This document shows, in pieces, positions 48,366 to 58,923 of a DNA stretch of 64,000 nt; the stretch's first letter is position 1; each line of letters opens with the position of its first letter. The translations under genes were made by a program, and so were the position numbers. Below the pieces are notes generated by a model. The model was not told where the DNA came from and made no database searches. It saw nothing but the letters and a program-made list of their open reading frames with translations. Source of the DNA: a virus (Duplodnaviria > Heunggongvirae > Uroviricota > Caudoviricetes); IMG/VR virus record IMGVR_UViG_3300028886_000031, positions 32,001 to 96,000 of that record; one strand, written 5' to 3'.

Positions 48366-50993
48366 ATGATTAACTTTATATTGGATAAAATCCAGTTGAG
48401 AAATGTTCGTAGATATGGTGATGAAATGATGGAAATGGATTTTCCATTAAACAACCTTACTGTATTTACAGGGAAGGTCGGTGCTGGAAAATCCACAATC
48501 CTTAAAGCTGTTTCAATGGCTTTATATGGAGATGATGGTGGTGCAAAAAACCAAAAATTATCTATAGATGATCTTGTAAATGAAAAGAATAAAAAGAATT
48601 TGGAAATACATTTGTATTTTCATTCTACTGTAGATGATAAACCAGAGGAAACAAAATATGAAATACATTTGTTTCATAAACATTCAAAATATAATAATAA
48701 ACTTGTATTTGTAAAAGATGGAAAAGATATATCACTTGCAAGTAAAACTGAGACGTATGAGTTAATCGAAAGAACGTTAATTCCCAGCAGCGTTTATCAT
48801 AATACATACTATTTTACCCAAAACTGCAAGAATTTCTTTACATCATTAACAAATTCAGAACAGAAAGAGATATTTAACTCTATATTGGATCTTTCAGAAT
48901 ATGAAAGTTATTATGAAAACACTAAGAAGGAACTTGAAAAAGTAACTTCTGATTGTGAGAAATTAAATTCTACATATCTTGTACAACAAGAGAAAGTAAA
49001 GAATTTAGAGAATAACATAGAAGATAAAAAGAAGAATTATGATTATCAGGTTACAACATCTAAAGGTAAAATTTCTATTATAGAGCAGAAATTAGAAGCT
49101 GCTGGAATGGAGTTAGATAGATTAACAGAGGAAATAGAAAAATATGGTAATGTAGATGACGAACTTGTTAAATTGGAAATGCAGAATCAAGAACGTCGTC
49201 TAAATATGGAATCAGAAACAACTAAGTTAAAAGAAGAATATAAAAAACTTATGGATGATTTCGATTCTAATGAGGTTCATAATACTAAGCAAAAGTATAT
49301 AAATCTCAGAGGAGAACGTTCTCGTGATATTCAATCTAAGATTCAAAATATTAATGCTGAGATAGAGAAATTAAAAGTTGAAGAAGAGAAGATGTTAGCT
49401 GAAATAGATTCCAAATCATCAGATAAAATATCTGAGTTAATGTCTGAAAAAAATGATGTTATTTCTAATAAAAAAGATGAGATTAAGAAATATGAATTGG
49501 AAGTTGCTAAATTGGGTTCAGAATGCCATCGTCAGGAATTATTAGTACAAGATGAGACGAGAAAACAAATAAGCGAAATAGAAAAGAAAATAAGTGTAGA
49601 AAGAGAATTTATTTTTCAAACAGATGCTGGTTTAAATCTATTAAGGACTGAGTATACAGATAAAATTTCTAAACTTAAGAATTATAGAGAAGCACTAGAT
49701 AAACCAGATGCTATATGTTCTGAATGTGGTCAAAAATTGGTTAATAAAGACCATATTAGAAAACATATTGTTGAATTAGAAAAAGAGTTAGAAAAGATTA
49801 AATCTGAAGGTATTAAAGGTAAAGAAGCAAAAGATAAACGTCAAAAAACAATTGATGAGTATAATAAACAAATAGAAGATTTAGAAAATAATTTAAAATC
49901 TAAAATAAAAGAACTTGTTCAAAAGAAGGATGAAGATTCTAAAGAATTTAAGTCTAAATTGGATATATTGTATAAGGAAGTAGATAAGATAAATGATGAA
50001 TATTTTATTAAGGTAAATGAGGTTAAAGAATCAAAAATACAATTAAAGAATACAATTATGGAGTCATCTATTAAAGATGGTGATTTAAAGAAATCTGAAT
50101 TGGAATCTTTGAAAAAAGAACAATTAGAAATAGATAATCAAATTAAAGCTGAATATAAAGAAGAACTAGATAAACTTCGTGAAGGATTAAATAAGAAATT
50201 AGAAGATATCAAACAGAAAATTCAAGATATTGAATCTAGTTATTCTAATTATAAACAGACAACTTACATAGAAAAATATCAAGATTTAAAAATTCGTAAA
50301 ACGAATCTGGATAATATAAAGAAGGAACAAGATGATTGTAATATTTGTATAGAGAAATACAAGAATGAAATTAAAGTGATTAATGAAGGAATAGAATCCT
50401 CTAAGCAATTTTGTGATAACTATCTTAAGGAATATGAAGTTCTTCTAAATACAGAGAATGACAAAATAAATAAAATGAATCAGGATCTTAAGGAATATAA
50501 TAAGAAGAAAGAAATACTGGAGTTCTGGAAAGTGGCGTTTTCTGATACTGGAATTAAATCTATGTTAATAGATTCCGCGTTACCACATATGAACGAATGC
50601 GTCAGTACAGAACTAGAAAGAACTGCACCTGGAAAGTTTACGGTTTCGTTTGATACATTGTCTGAAACGAAGTCAGGTAAGATTCGTGATAAATTTAATA
50701 TCAATATTTTGAATAACGAAACTCAATCTACGGGTCATAAGAAATTGTCCGGAGGCGAAATGAGGATCGTAGATTTGTGCTGTATGTCGGCATTAAGATC
50801 TCTAGCTGAAAGATTATATCAAAAGAGATTCTTCCATATCTTCTATGATGAGATATTGGATTCTCTGGATGATGAGTGTAAACAGATGTTCTGTGCTAAT
50901 GTTAAGGTTCAATCCACAACAGGTAGAAATATAACATTGGTAACACACGATCTTCCGGATGATGTAGATCCAGATAGAGTGTTTCCGTTCTAA
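48366..50993 (+). CDS. sbcC: SbcC/Rad50-like (T4 gp46-like) SMC ATPase
   Basis: Walker A GKVGAGKS, coiled coils, zinc hook CSECGQ, LSGGE, Walker B IFYDE, LVTH. Confidence 0.92.
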   Translation: MINFILDKIQLRNVRRYGDEMMEMDFPLNNLTVFTGKVGAGKSTILKAVSMALYGDDGGAKNQKLSIDDLVNEKNKKNLEIHLYFHSTVDDKPEETKYEIHLFHKHSKYNNKLVFVKDGKDISLASKTETYELIERTLIPSSVYHNTYYFTQNCKNFFTSLTNSEQKEIFNSILDLSEYESYYENTKKELEKVTSDCEKLNSTYLVQQEKVKNLENNIEDKKKNYDYQVTTSKGKISIIEQKLEAAGMELDRLTEEIEKYGNVDDELVKLEMQNQERRLNMESETTKLKEEYKKLMDDFDSNEVHNTKQKYINLRGERSRDIQSKIQNINAEIEKLKVEEEKMLAEIDSKSSDKISELMSEKNDVISNKKDEIKKYELEVAKLGSECHRQELLVQDETRKQISEIEKKISVEREFIFQTDAGLNLLRTEYTDKISKLKNYREALDKPDAICSECGQKLVNKDHIRKHIVELEKELEKIKSEGIKGKEAKDKRQKTIDEYNKQIEDLENNLKSKIKELVQKKDEDSKEFKSKLDILYKEVDKINDEYFIKVNEVKESKIQLKNTIMESSIKDGDLKKSELESLKKEQLEIDNQIKAEYKEELDKLREGLNKKLEDIKQKIQDIESSYSNYKQTTYIEKYQDLKIRKTNLDNIKKEQDDCNICIEKYKNEIKVINEGIESSKQFCDNYLKEYEVLLNTENDKINKMNQDLKEYNKKKEILEFWKVAFSDTGIKSMLIDSALPHMNECVSTELERTAPGKFTVSFDTLSETKSGKIRDKFNINILNNETQSTGHKKLSGGEMRIVDLCCMSALRSLAERLYQKRFFHIFYDEILDSLDDECKQMFCANVKVQSTTGRNITLVTHDLPDDVDPDRVFPF

Positions 50994-51040
50994 AAAGACT
51001 TTAAATAAAATCACTTGAATATATTGTGGAGATAACTTTT

Positions 51041-51526
51041 ATGTTGAAATGTTCCAATTTAATGTACTGTTTTGAATTGGATGGTGTTTTGGTTGACAAC
51101 GTTCCGTATGATGATAATGTAGTTATACGGAACGTTAGTCTATTCAAAAATAAGTCAATTTTCAATCCAAATGAGTTAGATATTAGGTGGAATATTATTA
51201 CAAATAGACCAAGAGTAGATATCCCTTGGATAAAATTATTCTGTTTTAAGAATGGAATGACACCATGTGAAATTATTACATATAAGAAGTTTTTAAAAAG
51301 ATATAATCTAGCTGAATACTCAGCAGATTTTAAACTTTCTATCTTTAAGGATATTTTAGATGAAAAGCGTAGTGTAAAGTATACAAAAAACAAAGTTGAA
51401 AATATAATGCATATATGCAACGACCAGACAGAGAATTATTATATAAATTCGAATAGGGATAACTATCCTGTAATTTCTGTCAGTATGATCGATTTCAAAC
51501 GTGAGTTCTTCAACCACATAGTCTAG
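51041..51526 (+). CDS. HAD-fold-like protein (degenerate motif I)
   Basis: YCFELDGVL (DxD replaced by ExD) and IITNRP. Confidence 0.45.
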   Translation: MLKCSNLMYCFELDGVLVDNVPYDDNVVIRNVSLFKNKSIFNPNELDIRWNIITNRPRVDIPWIKLFCFKNGMTPCEIITYKKFLKRYNLAEYSADFKLSIFKDILDEKRSVKYTKNKVENIMHICNDQTENYYINSNRDNYPVISVSMIDFKREFFNHIV

Positions 51527-51543
51527 AAAAGGAAAAAGAAACA

Positions 51544-51924
51544 ATGGCAATTAAAACAAACGCCGATGGCTCTAAAGTCAATGTTATACGTCTAGATGCA
51601 AAAGACGATGAAGTCAAAAGAAAAGAAGCCAAGGGTATGATGGATCTTTGCCGTCTCGTAAGAGAAAGCAAATTCAATGTAAGACGCTGTATCATGGCAA
51701 TTCATGATCCAGATGTTGCTACGTTCTATAATGTTCCTGCCTCAGAAAGCAGGAGTTATGCTATGGTAGAAATTTTTGGTTCTAATAATAATTCTGTAAA
51801 TGATTTCAGATTGAAAATGAAATTAGTTGAAGGATTTCTTGTTTCACATAAATATAAAGTAGTAGCCTCCAAGGTCTTTAATAAAGAATATCCAATTGGT
51901 AAGATTGTTGTCAGTCTCGTTTAA
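51544..51924 (+). CDS. Hypothetical protein
   Basis: AAGGA RBS; directly upstream of RNAP set 2. Confidence 0.6.
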   Translation: MAIKTNADGSKVNVIRLDAKDDEVKRKEAKGMMDLCRLVRESKFNVRRCIMAIHDPDVATFYNVPASESRSYAMVEIFGSNNNSVNDFRLKMKLVEGFLVSHKYKVVASKVFNKEYPIGKIVVSLV

Positions 51925-51949
51925 CAATTGATTTCAAGGAGGAATATCA

Positions 51950-54900
51950 ATGAAGATTGATTGGCTCAATATCGATGAGTTCTGTAAGAACTTACCTGAA
52001 GTAACAACATCTAAGATATATTCTAAAAAGATCTTTCATCCAGAAGGATTATTCTCTGAACAGATTTTTGGACCTGTGAAGAGTTATACATGCTCTTGTG
52101 GAATTTATTATGGGCGTTCGAAACATAATACAGTATGTCCAATTTGTGGAACTAAAATAGAGAATAGCAATGTTCGTAGAAAGAACATGGCTAAGATTGT
52201 ATTGCCGTTTGGGGTAATTAATCCAATTATGCTCTTTACAATTAAGAGAGTGAAGTTGGAGATTTATAACATCATCATGAGCATGATCATGGATAATGAT
52301 GTTATGGGTTATTACTTCGACGAGAATAAAGAAAAGTTTATTAAGGTTCTTAAACCTACGTTAGACACAGAAGGAACGGCAATTCCGGATGGAGTAACGT
52401 TATATAGTGGTCCAAAACAGACTTTCGATCTTGTTAAGTTTGAAGCTGAACGTAACATGGAAACGAGTCGTTATTGGAAGTTTATATATGATAGACTTGA
52501 TAATTATTGGATGCATAATATAGGAGTTGTTCCACCAGAGTTTCGTCCAGTATCTAAGAGTAACAATCAACAGATGCGTGACGAGATGAACAAGTTCTAT
52601 TTGAAGATATTGGAATTCAAGGCTGTCAATAAAGATAATCAACTTAATCTCCAGCCGACATCTGAATCTGAGTCAGAACCTGAATCTGTCAATGAGAATG
52701 AAAGTGTTGCTGAGATAGAAAATGTAGAACAAGCTATAGATATGCTTGCTGAAAACATTCAGCATCAGGTAGATGAATCACAACAGACAGAGACTACACA
52801 GACTGTTAATCCAGTTCCTCAGCAGGCTCTAGATGATATTTATAGGTTTAGCTTTAAAAACCTTCAGAATTACATACTTGATCTTTATCAATTTATATTT
52901 GATAAATTCTCTAAGAAATCTGGTCTGATTCGTGGATCTATTCTTGGTAAAAGAATTGACTTTTCTGGTAGATGTGTAATTGATCCGGATCCAAACTTGG
53001 AACTAGATCAGTGCGGAATTCCGTATTTAATGGCACTAGAGTTTTATAAACTTCAAGTTGCTAATAGATTGTTGGAGTTGAAAAACTTCAATGGACATAA
53101 GTTCTACAGATTTGACCCAGTTTTGGATTTCATTGATGAATGTATCGAGAAACATGATTTCTGTTTGTTTGATATTGTAAGTGAAATAGCAAATAATAAG
53201 TTGTTTATATTAAATAGACAGCCAACACTTCATAGAATGGGATTAATGTCATTCCGTTGTGTTGTTCATAAGGATTATGTCATCAAGACGCATCCATTTA
53301 TATGTGAGCCATACAACGCAGACTACGATGGTGATCAGATGGCTGCGTATATTTCATTGTATCCGGAAACGGAACAATCTAATAGAGATCATCTATTTAT
53401 TATGGAGAACTTGATATCACCGTCTACTGGTGATGTATGTTTGTCTGTAAACCAAGATGTTGTTTTGAGTCTGTATCTTCTAACACAAGACAATGCAACT
53501 CCAAAGACAACATATTCGGGACCTAAGATTTGGCCTGGAAAGAAAGATGGTGATGTTCTTGAAACATATGAAGGCAGGATAGAGTTCAATAACATTTTAC
53601 CGAGTAACTTCCCATTCTTTAATGAGGAACTCACAAAAGGAAAAATACATAGTCTTTTGAATGTTATATGTAAAAACTATGATAAAGATACAATCAAGAA
53701 AGTACTTGATAACATCAAGGTTCTTGGTTTTACAAAGACTACACAGATTGGTTCTACGTTCTCGTTAAAGAATCTAGCAACGGATGATAGAATTGCAGAA
53801 CATATAACTAAGATTGTAGATGATAATAAGAAGTCTCTGGCACAAAAGTTCTTTGAACTTGCTGAATCACCATTGAAGAAGGAAGTCGAAAATAACTTCC
53901 CGTATGCTAACTTTATTAGATCTGGATCACGTGGTACTTGGGATCAAGCTGACCAGTTAATATGGTGTCGTGGATATGTATCTAACTCTAAAGGACAAGT
54001 TGTGGAGACTCCAATTAAACACAATCTTGTAACTGGTCTAACTAGAGATGAGTTCTTAACATCTTGTTATGGTGCTCGTAAGGCACTTTTGGATGTAGCG
54101 TTAAATACTGCTGTGTCTGGTTATCTAACTCGTAAACTTGTCTATGGACTTGTTAATGTAGAGTTGGATGAAAACTGTGATGATTGTGGAACAGATCAAT
54201 ATATGGAACTAACAATTCCTGAGGAATTGACAGATGAAAAGATAGAGCAATTAACAGCTGATATTGCTGATCCTAAATTGAAGCAACTTAAGATAGATGA
54301 ACTTAAGATTAAGAAGGCTAACAGCATTAGTCCAATAAAACTTGCTAAATCTTTAAGATATAGATGGTATAAGGACGAGGATGGTCAGCTTAAGATGGTT
54401 ACTGAAAATGGATTCAAGAATCTCTTAGGAAAGACAATTAAACTTCGTTCGCCCATCTTCTGTAAGAATCCGAGAATATGTAAGAAATGCTATGGTGATT
54501 TGTACAAACAACTTCATAGTAAATATATCGGTGTTATTGCTGCACAAGCACTTGGTGAGGTTGCAACTCAGCTCACGTTGAGAACATTCCATGTGTCTGG
54601 AGTTGCCCAAATGAACAAGGGTCAGCAGGATGATACACAACAAGATATTATTAACGATCTTACGAACGTGAAGAAGATTCTTCATGGTGGTAATGATTGG
54701 AATACAACTGGTTATAAAGATATGATTATGAATCTGTTCCATATCTATTCAAACCATAAAACTCTAATGTTAAATCATTTTGAGTTAGCTGTCTCCCAGC
54801 TAATGAGATCTGGTTCTAGACGCTGGAGAAATGATCCGAATAGAGATGAACATGAACCTAATATAGTATCTATTGAGAAAGTTCCATCACTTGAATCTCT

Positions 54901-55012
54901 ATTCTTGGCACTAGCTTTCTCAAAGCCATATGTTTATATTATAGGTGCTATTATGGGCAATGCCCAAACAACAGATGGTATTCTAGAAAAAATGCTTATA
55001 AACAAAGTCTAA
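51950..55012 (+). CDS. rpoC: DNA-directed RNA polymerase beta'-like subunit, set 2 (probable non-virion RNAP)
   Basis: AAGGAGG RBS; GLFSEQIFGP, Zn finger CSCG..CPICG, LGKRIDFSGR, NRQPTLH, NADYDGD at 53315-53335, SGYLTRKL, TQLTLRTFH. Confidence 0.95.
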   Translation: MKIDWLNIDEFCKNLPEVTTSKIYSKKIFHPEGLFSEQIFGPVKSYTCSCGIYYGRSKHNTVCPICGTKIENSNVRRKNMAKIVLPFGVINPIMLFTIKRVKLEIYNIIMSMIMDNDVMGYYFDENKEKFIKVLKPTLDTEGTAIPDGVTLYSGPKQTFDLVKFEAERNMETSRYWKFIYDRLDNYWMHNIGVVPPEFRPVSKSNNQQMRDEMNKFYLKILEFKAVNKDNQLNLQPTSESESEPESVNENESVAEIENVEQAIDMLAENIQHQVDESQQTETTQTVNPVPQQALDDIYRFSFKNLQNYILDLYQFIFDKFSKKSGLIRGSILGKRIDFSGRCVIDPDPNLELDQCGIPYLMALEFYKLQVANRLLELKNFNGHKFYRFDPVLDFIDECIEKHDFCLFDIVSEIANNKLFILNRQPTLHRMGLMSFRCVVHKDYVIKTHPFICEPYNADYDGDQMAAYISLYPETEQSNRDHLFIMENLISPSTGDVCLSVNQDVVLSLYLLTQDNATPKTTYSGPKIWPGKKDGDVLETYEGRIEFNNILPSNFPFFNEELTKGKIHSLLNVICKNYDKDTIKKVLDNIKVLGFTKTTQIGSTFSLKNLATDDRIAEHITKIVDDNKKSLAQKFFELAESPLKKEVENNFPYANFIRSGSRGTWDQADQLIWCRGYVSNSKGQVVETPIKHNLVTGLTRDEFLTSCYGARKALLDVALNTAVSGYLTRKLVYGLVNVELDENCDDCGTDQYMELTIPEELTDEKIEQLTADIADPKLKQLKIDELKIKKANSISPIKLAKSLRYRWYKDEDGQLKMVTENGFKNLLGKTIKLRSPIFCKNPRICKKCYGDLYKQLHSKYIGVIAAQALGEVATQLTLRTFHVSGVAQMNKGQQDDTQQDIINDLTNVKKILHGGNDWNTTGYKDMIMNLFHIYSNHKTLMLNHFELAVSQLMRSGSRRWRNDPNRDEHEPNIVSIEKVPSLESLFLALAFSKPYVYIIGAIMGNAQTTDGILEKMLINKV

Positions 55013-55027
55013 TGAAAGGATGAAATA

Positions 55028-58000
55028 ATGATAAGGATTCCTTCTTTTGAATTGTCTGATTTAAATGCTTTTAACTTTCGTGAGTATGAATGGGATTCTA
55101 ACACGATTATAAATGTTATAAAACAGATACTTCAGAATTCAGAGAAATATAACATTACCGTCAAGAATGTCTCAATAGAGGAAAAACCAGAAAAGAGTAA
55201 CTCCAGTGAGATCAGAAAGACGTTATCAAAGATTCTTAAAATAGATCTTGTTTATCATAATGGTGACACAAGTATAGATATTCCGTTGGACTATGAAATA
55301 CCTTGGCTAATTAACAACCATTTCTATATTGGTGGTAATTACAAGGTAGCAATATATCAACTTTATGACAAGCCAATTATTAATGTTCAGAAAAAGAACA
55401 TCATTAAAATAAAGACTACGTTGTTTCAATCGTTTAACGTAGAAAAGAAGAAACCAACGAAAAAGAGTAAGATAAATTTTGAGGCACAGTTCTTCAATAA
55501 GAAATTTCCTTATGTTTATCTGCTAATAGCTAAACATGGAATCGATTGGTGTAAACAGACATTTAAGTTGGATGATAACTTTGAATATATTGATGATGCT
55601 GAATATGCTAATAAAACGGAAGAGGTTCAACTACTTCGTAGTGATATGAAGTATGTTCTTTCTAACGCTGCTATTGATAAAGCCCGTCTATTTAGGACAG
55701 ATTTTCCAAAAATGACGGATGCTGAATTTGTACAAAATATGGATCTAATTACAGATCTGGATATTTTCACAAGTAGGTATTTAAGTACTGGAAACATTAT
55801 TGATGAGTTCCTTGCTATATATGAGAATGGAACTTATGATGATTCAGATTACAGCAATAAGAGACTTCGTTTCTCAGAGCAGGTGATATATTGCTGGGTT
55901 ATCAAAGATCTTTATAGTCTGTTTAACCAGATTAAGACAAAGAGCATTAAGAAATTGAGATTCAATATAAACAATAAGGTTATTCTACAGAATGCCAATG
56001 TTTCAAGTATTGTTCAGTTCGACACATGTATTAATCCATTGTATGAATTAGCTATATTGTCTAGAACATCTCTATCTGGTCCTGGTGGATTTAAGAAAGA
56101 GAATGTTCCTACGAACATGAGGGATATTCATAGTTCAATGCTTCATATAATAGATCCGTCTGATACTGGTGACCGTGATGGCTGCGGAACAATTCAATAT
56201 ATTGTACCTTCTGCTAAATTTAAGGAAGATGGTTGTTTAGAAAGTTGTGGACCGAATTCTCCGGTTAACTCTGTGTCTACATCTTTTGTACCTCTTTGTG
56301 AACATGATGACCCTGTTAGACTTCAAATGAGTTCATCTCAGCAACGCCATGCTGTAATGTTGCAGAATTTCGACTCTGCAATTATTCAGTCTGGCATTGA
56401 GGGAATGTATTCTAACCATACATCTTTCTTATATACAGCAAAGGATGATGGAACAGTCATCTATAAAAATCGCGACATTGTAATTGTTAAATATAATAAC
56501 GGCACATTCCAGACATTACATATTGGATATAGAAAACTATATATTAGTGTTCTAGATTTCTATCATGTGTATTATAATGTTGGTGATACATTTAAGAAGG
56601 GTGATATTATTGCTGAGTCTAATTTCATGAAGAGTGGAAAAATCTGTCTCGGCAAGAACCTGAGAGTATGTATAACTCCTTATTATGGTCTAAACTACGA
56701 GGATGCGATTGTGCTATCTGAAAGGGTTAGACGTGAAAAGATGTTTACATCTGTTCACTATAAAGAGATTGTAATAGAAGTTCCGAAGAATAAGGTTCTG
56801 TTGAATATCACGGATAACAAAGATACCTATAAGGTAATTCCAAGTATTGGTGATCAGGTTAAACGTGGCGAGGTAATAGCTAAACTCAAAACAATTGATA
56901 AAGAGCGTTTCCCGAGCGTAATCTTTGAGAAGTGTTCTGAAGTTAAGAGTGATGAGGATGGTGAGGTAATAGATGTTAAGGTATATGCTAACAAATGGAA
57001 TACTGACTTTGAGCAATTTAATGATTTCGTTAAGAGTTCAATAGCTCAGAATAAGATAGAAAGGGATAACCTTGTCAAGGAAGTTTCTGAATATCTAAAT
57101 AGTGACGAACTTGAACAACTTGTATCTACATTGGATATTAATAAATCCGAGAAAAACAATTACAAGTACAAAGGTGATGTCATTGATGGAGTTAGAATTG
57201 AATTAACAATTAAATATGACCGTGATCTTCAAATAGGTGATAAACTGGCAAATAGACATGGTAATAAAGGAACAATTTCAAGGTTTGTTCCCGATGAGTT
57301 AATGCCTGTAAATCAGGAAGATGGAACTCGTGCCGATATTGTGATTAATCCTCTTGGTATTATTTCACGTATGAATGTCGGTCAGGTATTTGAATGTCAT
57401 TTGTCCGAAGCTGTTATGAACCTTCGTAAGAAGTGTCATGTAATGCTTCATGGTGCAAATGACACAGTAGTAATAAAGGATCCTGATATAGATGGTGTAA
57501 AGAATTATATTAATGGATTTATTGATATAATCGATTGTACAGAAAATAAAACATATTCGACTCAAGCTAAAGAAATTATTAATGGGTTGAATTTTATGCA
57601 ATTGTGTTCATTGGTTAAAAACTTTACTGTAATTCAGCCTCCATTCCAGAGCATTGGAACGAAGGAACTTCAGAAAGCTATGGAATATACAAACACTAAA
57701 TATGAGGTTCGTGTATATGATCCTGTATGCAAAAAGGAAATCAAGAACGACCTTGTATTCGGTTGGCTCTATTATATGAAACTAAATCATATTTCCCAAG
57801 ATAAGATTGCCTATAGAGGAATTGGACCATATTCGGCTAAAACAAATCAGCCGTTGTGTGGCAAATCCCGTAAAGGTGGTCAAAGACTTGGCGAGATGGA
57901 AATATGGGCTGTAATAGCACATGGTGATGAAAAGAATTTAAATGAGTTCATTACAACAAAATCAGATAGTATTCAATTGAGGAACAAGTATATTTCCCAT

Positions 58001-58243
58001 TGTATTGGAAACGAGGAACTCCTCGCAGACCAGGACGATGATAAGGTTCCACAATCACTTAGGTTGTTGGAAAGTTGCTTAAAGTCCATAGGTATAGATT
58101 TTAAGATCAACAGTGAGAAGACTGATGATGAAACCCAAGAGGTGACAGATACGGATCCGATCTTGGATGATCTTATGAATGAGGAAGATATGGAAGTCCT
58201 CGATGATACAAATGATACATACGATAGTGATGATAAGGAGTAA
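55028..58243 (+). CDS. rpoB: DNA-directed RNA polymerase beta-like subunit, set 2
   Basis: SLSGPGG, GLNYEDA, GDKLANRHGNKG, NPLGIISRMNVGQ, YYMKLNH, GGQRLGEME. Confidence 0.95.
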   Translation: MIRIPSFELSDLNAFNFREYEWDSNTIINVIKQILQNSEKYNITVKNVSIEEKPEKSNSSEIRKTLSKILKIDLVYHNGDTSIDIPLDYEIPWLINNHFYIGGNYKVAIYQLYDKPIINVQKKNIIKIKTTLFQSFNVEKKKPTKKSKINFEAQFFNKKFPYVYLLIAKHGIDWCKQTFKLDDNFEYIDDAEYANKTEEVQLLRSDMKYVLSNAAIDKARLFRTDFPKMTDAEFVQNMDLITDLDIFTSRYLSTGNIIDEFLAIYENGTYDDSDYSNKRLRFSEQVIYCWVIKDLYSLFNQIKTKSIKKLRFNINNKVILQNANVSSIVQFDTCINPLYELAILSRTSLSGPGGFKKENVPTNMRDIHSSMLHIIDPSDTGDRDGCGTIQYIVPSAKFKEDGCLESCGPNSPVNSVSTSFVPLCEHDDPVRLQMSSSQQRHAVMLQNFDSAIIQSGIEGMYSNHTSFLYTAKDDGTVIYKNRDIVIVKYNNGTFQTLHIGYRKLYISVLDFYHVYYNVGDTFKKGDIIAESNFMKSGKICLGKNLRVCITPYYGLNYEDAIVLSERVRREKMFTSVHYKEIVIEVPKNKVLLNITDNKDTYKVIPSIGDQVKRGEVIAKLKTIDKERFPSVIFEKCSEVKSDEDGEVIDVKVYANKWNTDFEQFNDFVKSSIAQNKIERDNLVKEVSEYLNSDELEQLVSTLDINKSEKNNYKYKGDVIDGVRIELTIKYDRDLQIGDKLANRHGNKGTISRFVPDELMPVNQEDGTRADIVINPLGIISRMNVGQVFECHLSEAVMNLRKKCHVMLHGANDTVVIKDPDIDGVKNYINGFIDIIDCTENKTYSTQAKEIINGLNFMQLCSLVKNFTVIQPPFQSIGTKELQKAMEYTNTKYEVRVYDPVCKKEIKNDLVFGWLYYMKLNHISQDKIAYRGIGPYSAKTNQPLCGKSRKGGQRLGEMEIWAVIAHGDEKNLNEFITTKSDSIQLRNKYISHCIGNEELLADQDDDKVPQSLRLLESCLKSIGIDFKINSEKTDDETQEVTDTDPILDDLMNEEDMEVLDDTNDTYDSDDKE

Positions 58244-58246
58244 ATT

Positions 58247-58897
58247 ATGGAAGAAATGACAGTTGATATGGTTAAAGATATGATTCTTAAAGGTGCCAGC
58301 AAAGAGAAAATTAAAGAAGCTCTTGAAAAGATATATCCTGGCGCTATGGAGAAGATAAAAGAGCTAATAGCCATTATTGGTGATGATCCTGAAAGGGAGG
58401 GTCTACAAGACACTCCCTTCAGGGTTGTTAAAAGTTGGCTCGAGATATATGGTGGTTATAAATGCAATAATACAAAGCTGGATACGTCATTTGAGGATGA
58501 CACAGGTGATTTTGATGAGAGTCAGATTATAATGTGTAGGAATATAGATTTCTATTCTACATGTGAGCACCATATGATTCCTTTTCATGGATATTGTCAT
58601 ATTGGTTATCTTCCGAATAAGAAGGTCATTGGTGTATCTAAGTTAGTAAGAATTACAGAATATTTTGCAAAGAGACTTCAAATTCAAGAGAAGCTCTGTA
58701 CACAGATTGCAGATTATATACAGAAAATTCTGGAACCACAAGGTGTTGGAGTTATTATAACTGCTGAGCATCTCTGTATGAAAGCCAGAGGAGTTCGTAA
58801 TGCAACAAGCAATATGGTAACATCACAGATGCGTGGTAAATTTAGAACACAGATAGAGACTAGACAAGAGTTCTTATCACTAATTGGTCTTAAGTGA
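58247..58897 (+). CDS. folE: GTP cyclohydrolase I
   Basis: REGLQDTP.RV, STCEHH, GVSKL.R, RLQIQE, EHLCM..RGV. Confidence 0.95.
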   Translation: MEEMTVDMVKDMILKGASKEKIKEALEKIYPGAMEKIKELIAIIGDDPEREGLQDTPFRVVKSWLEIYGGYKCNNTKLDTSFEDDTGDFDESQIIMCRNIDFYSTCEHHMIPFHGYCHIGYLPNKKVIGVSKLVRITEYFAKRLQIQEKLCTQIADYIQKILEPQGVGVIITAEHLCMKARGVRNATSNMVTSQMRGKFRTQIETRQEFLSLIGLK

Positions 58898-58923
58898 CCA
58901 GAAAAAGTTCTAAGGAGAAACCA

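Noticed and set aside
16567-58243. Introns or inteins in RNAP, topoisomerase or helicase genes
   Set aside because: The ORFs are continuous with normal motif spacing; no C/S...HN-C/S/T intein ends or homing endonuclease noticed
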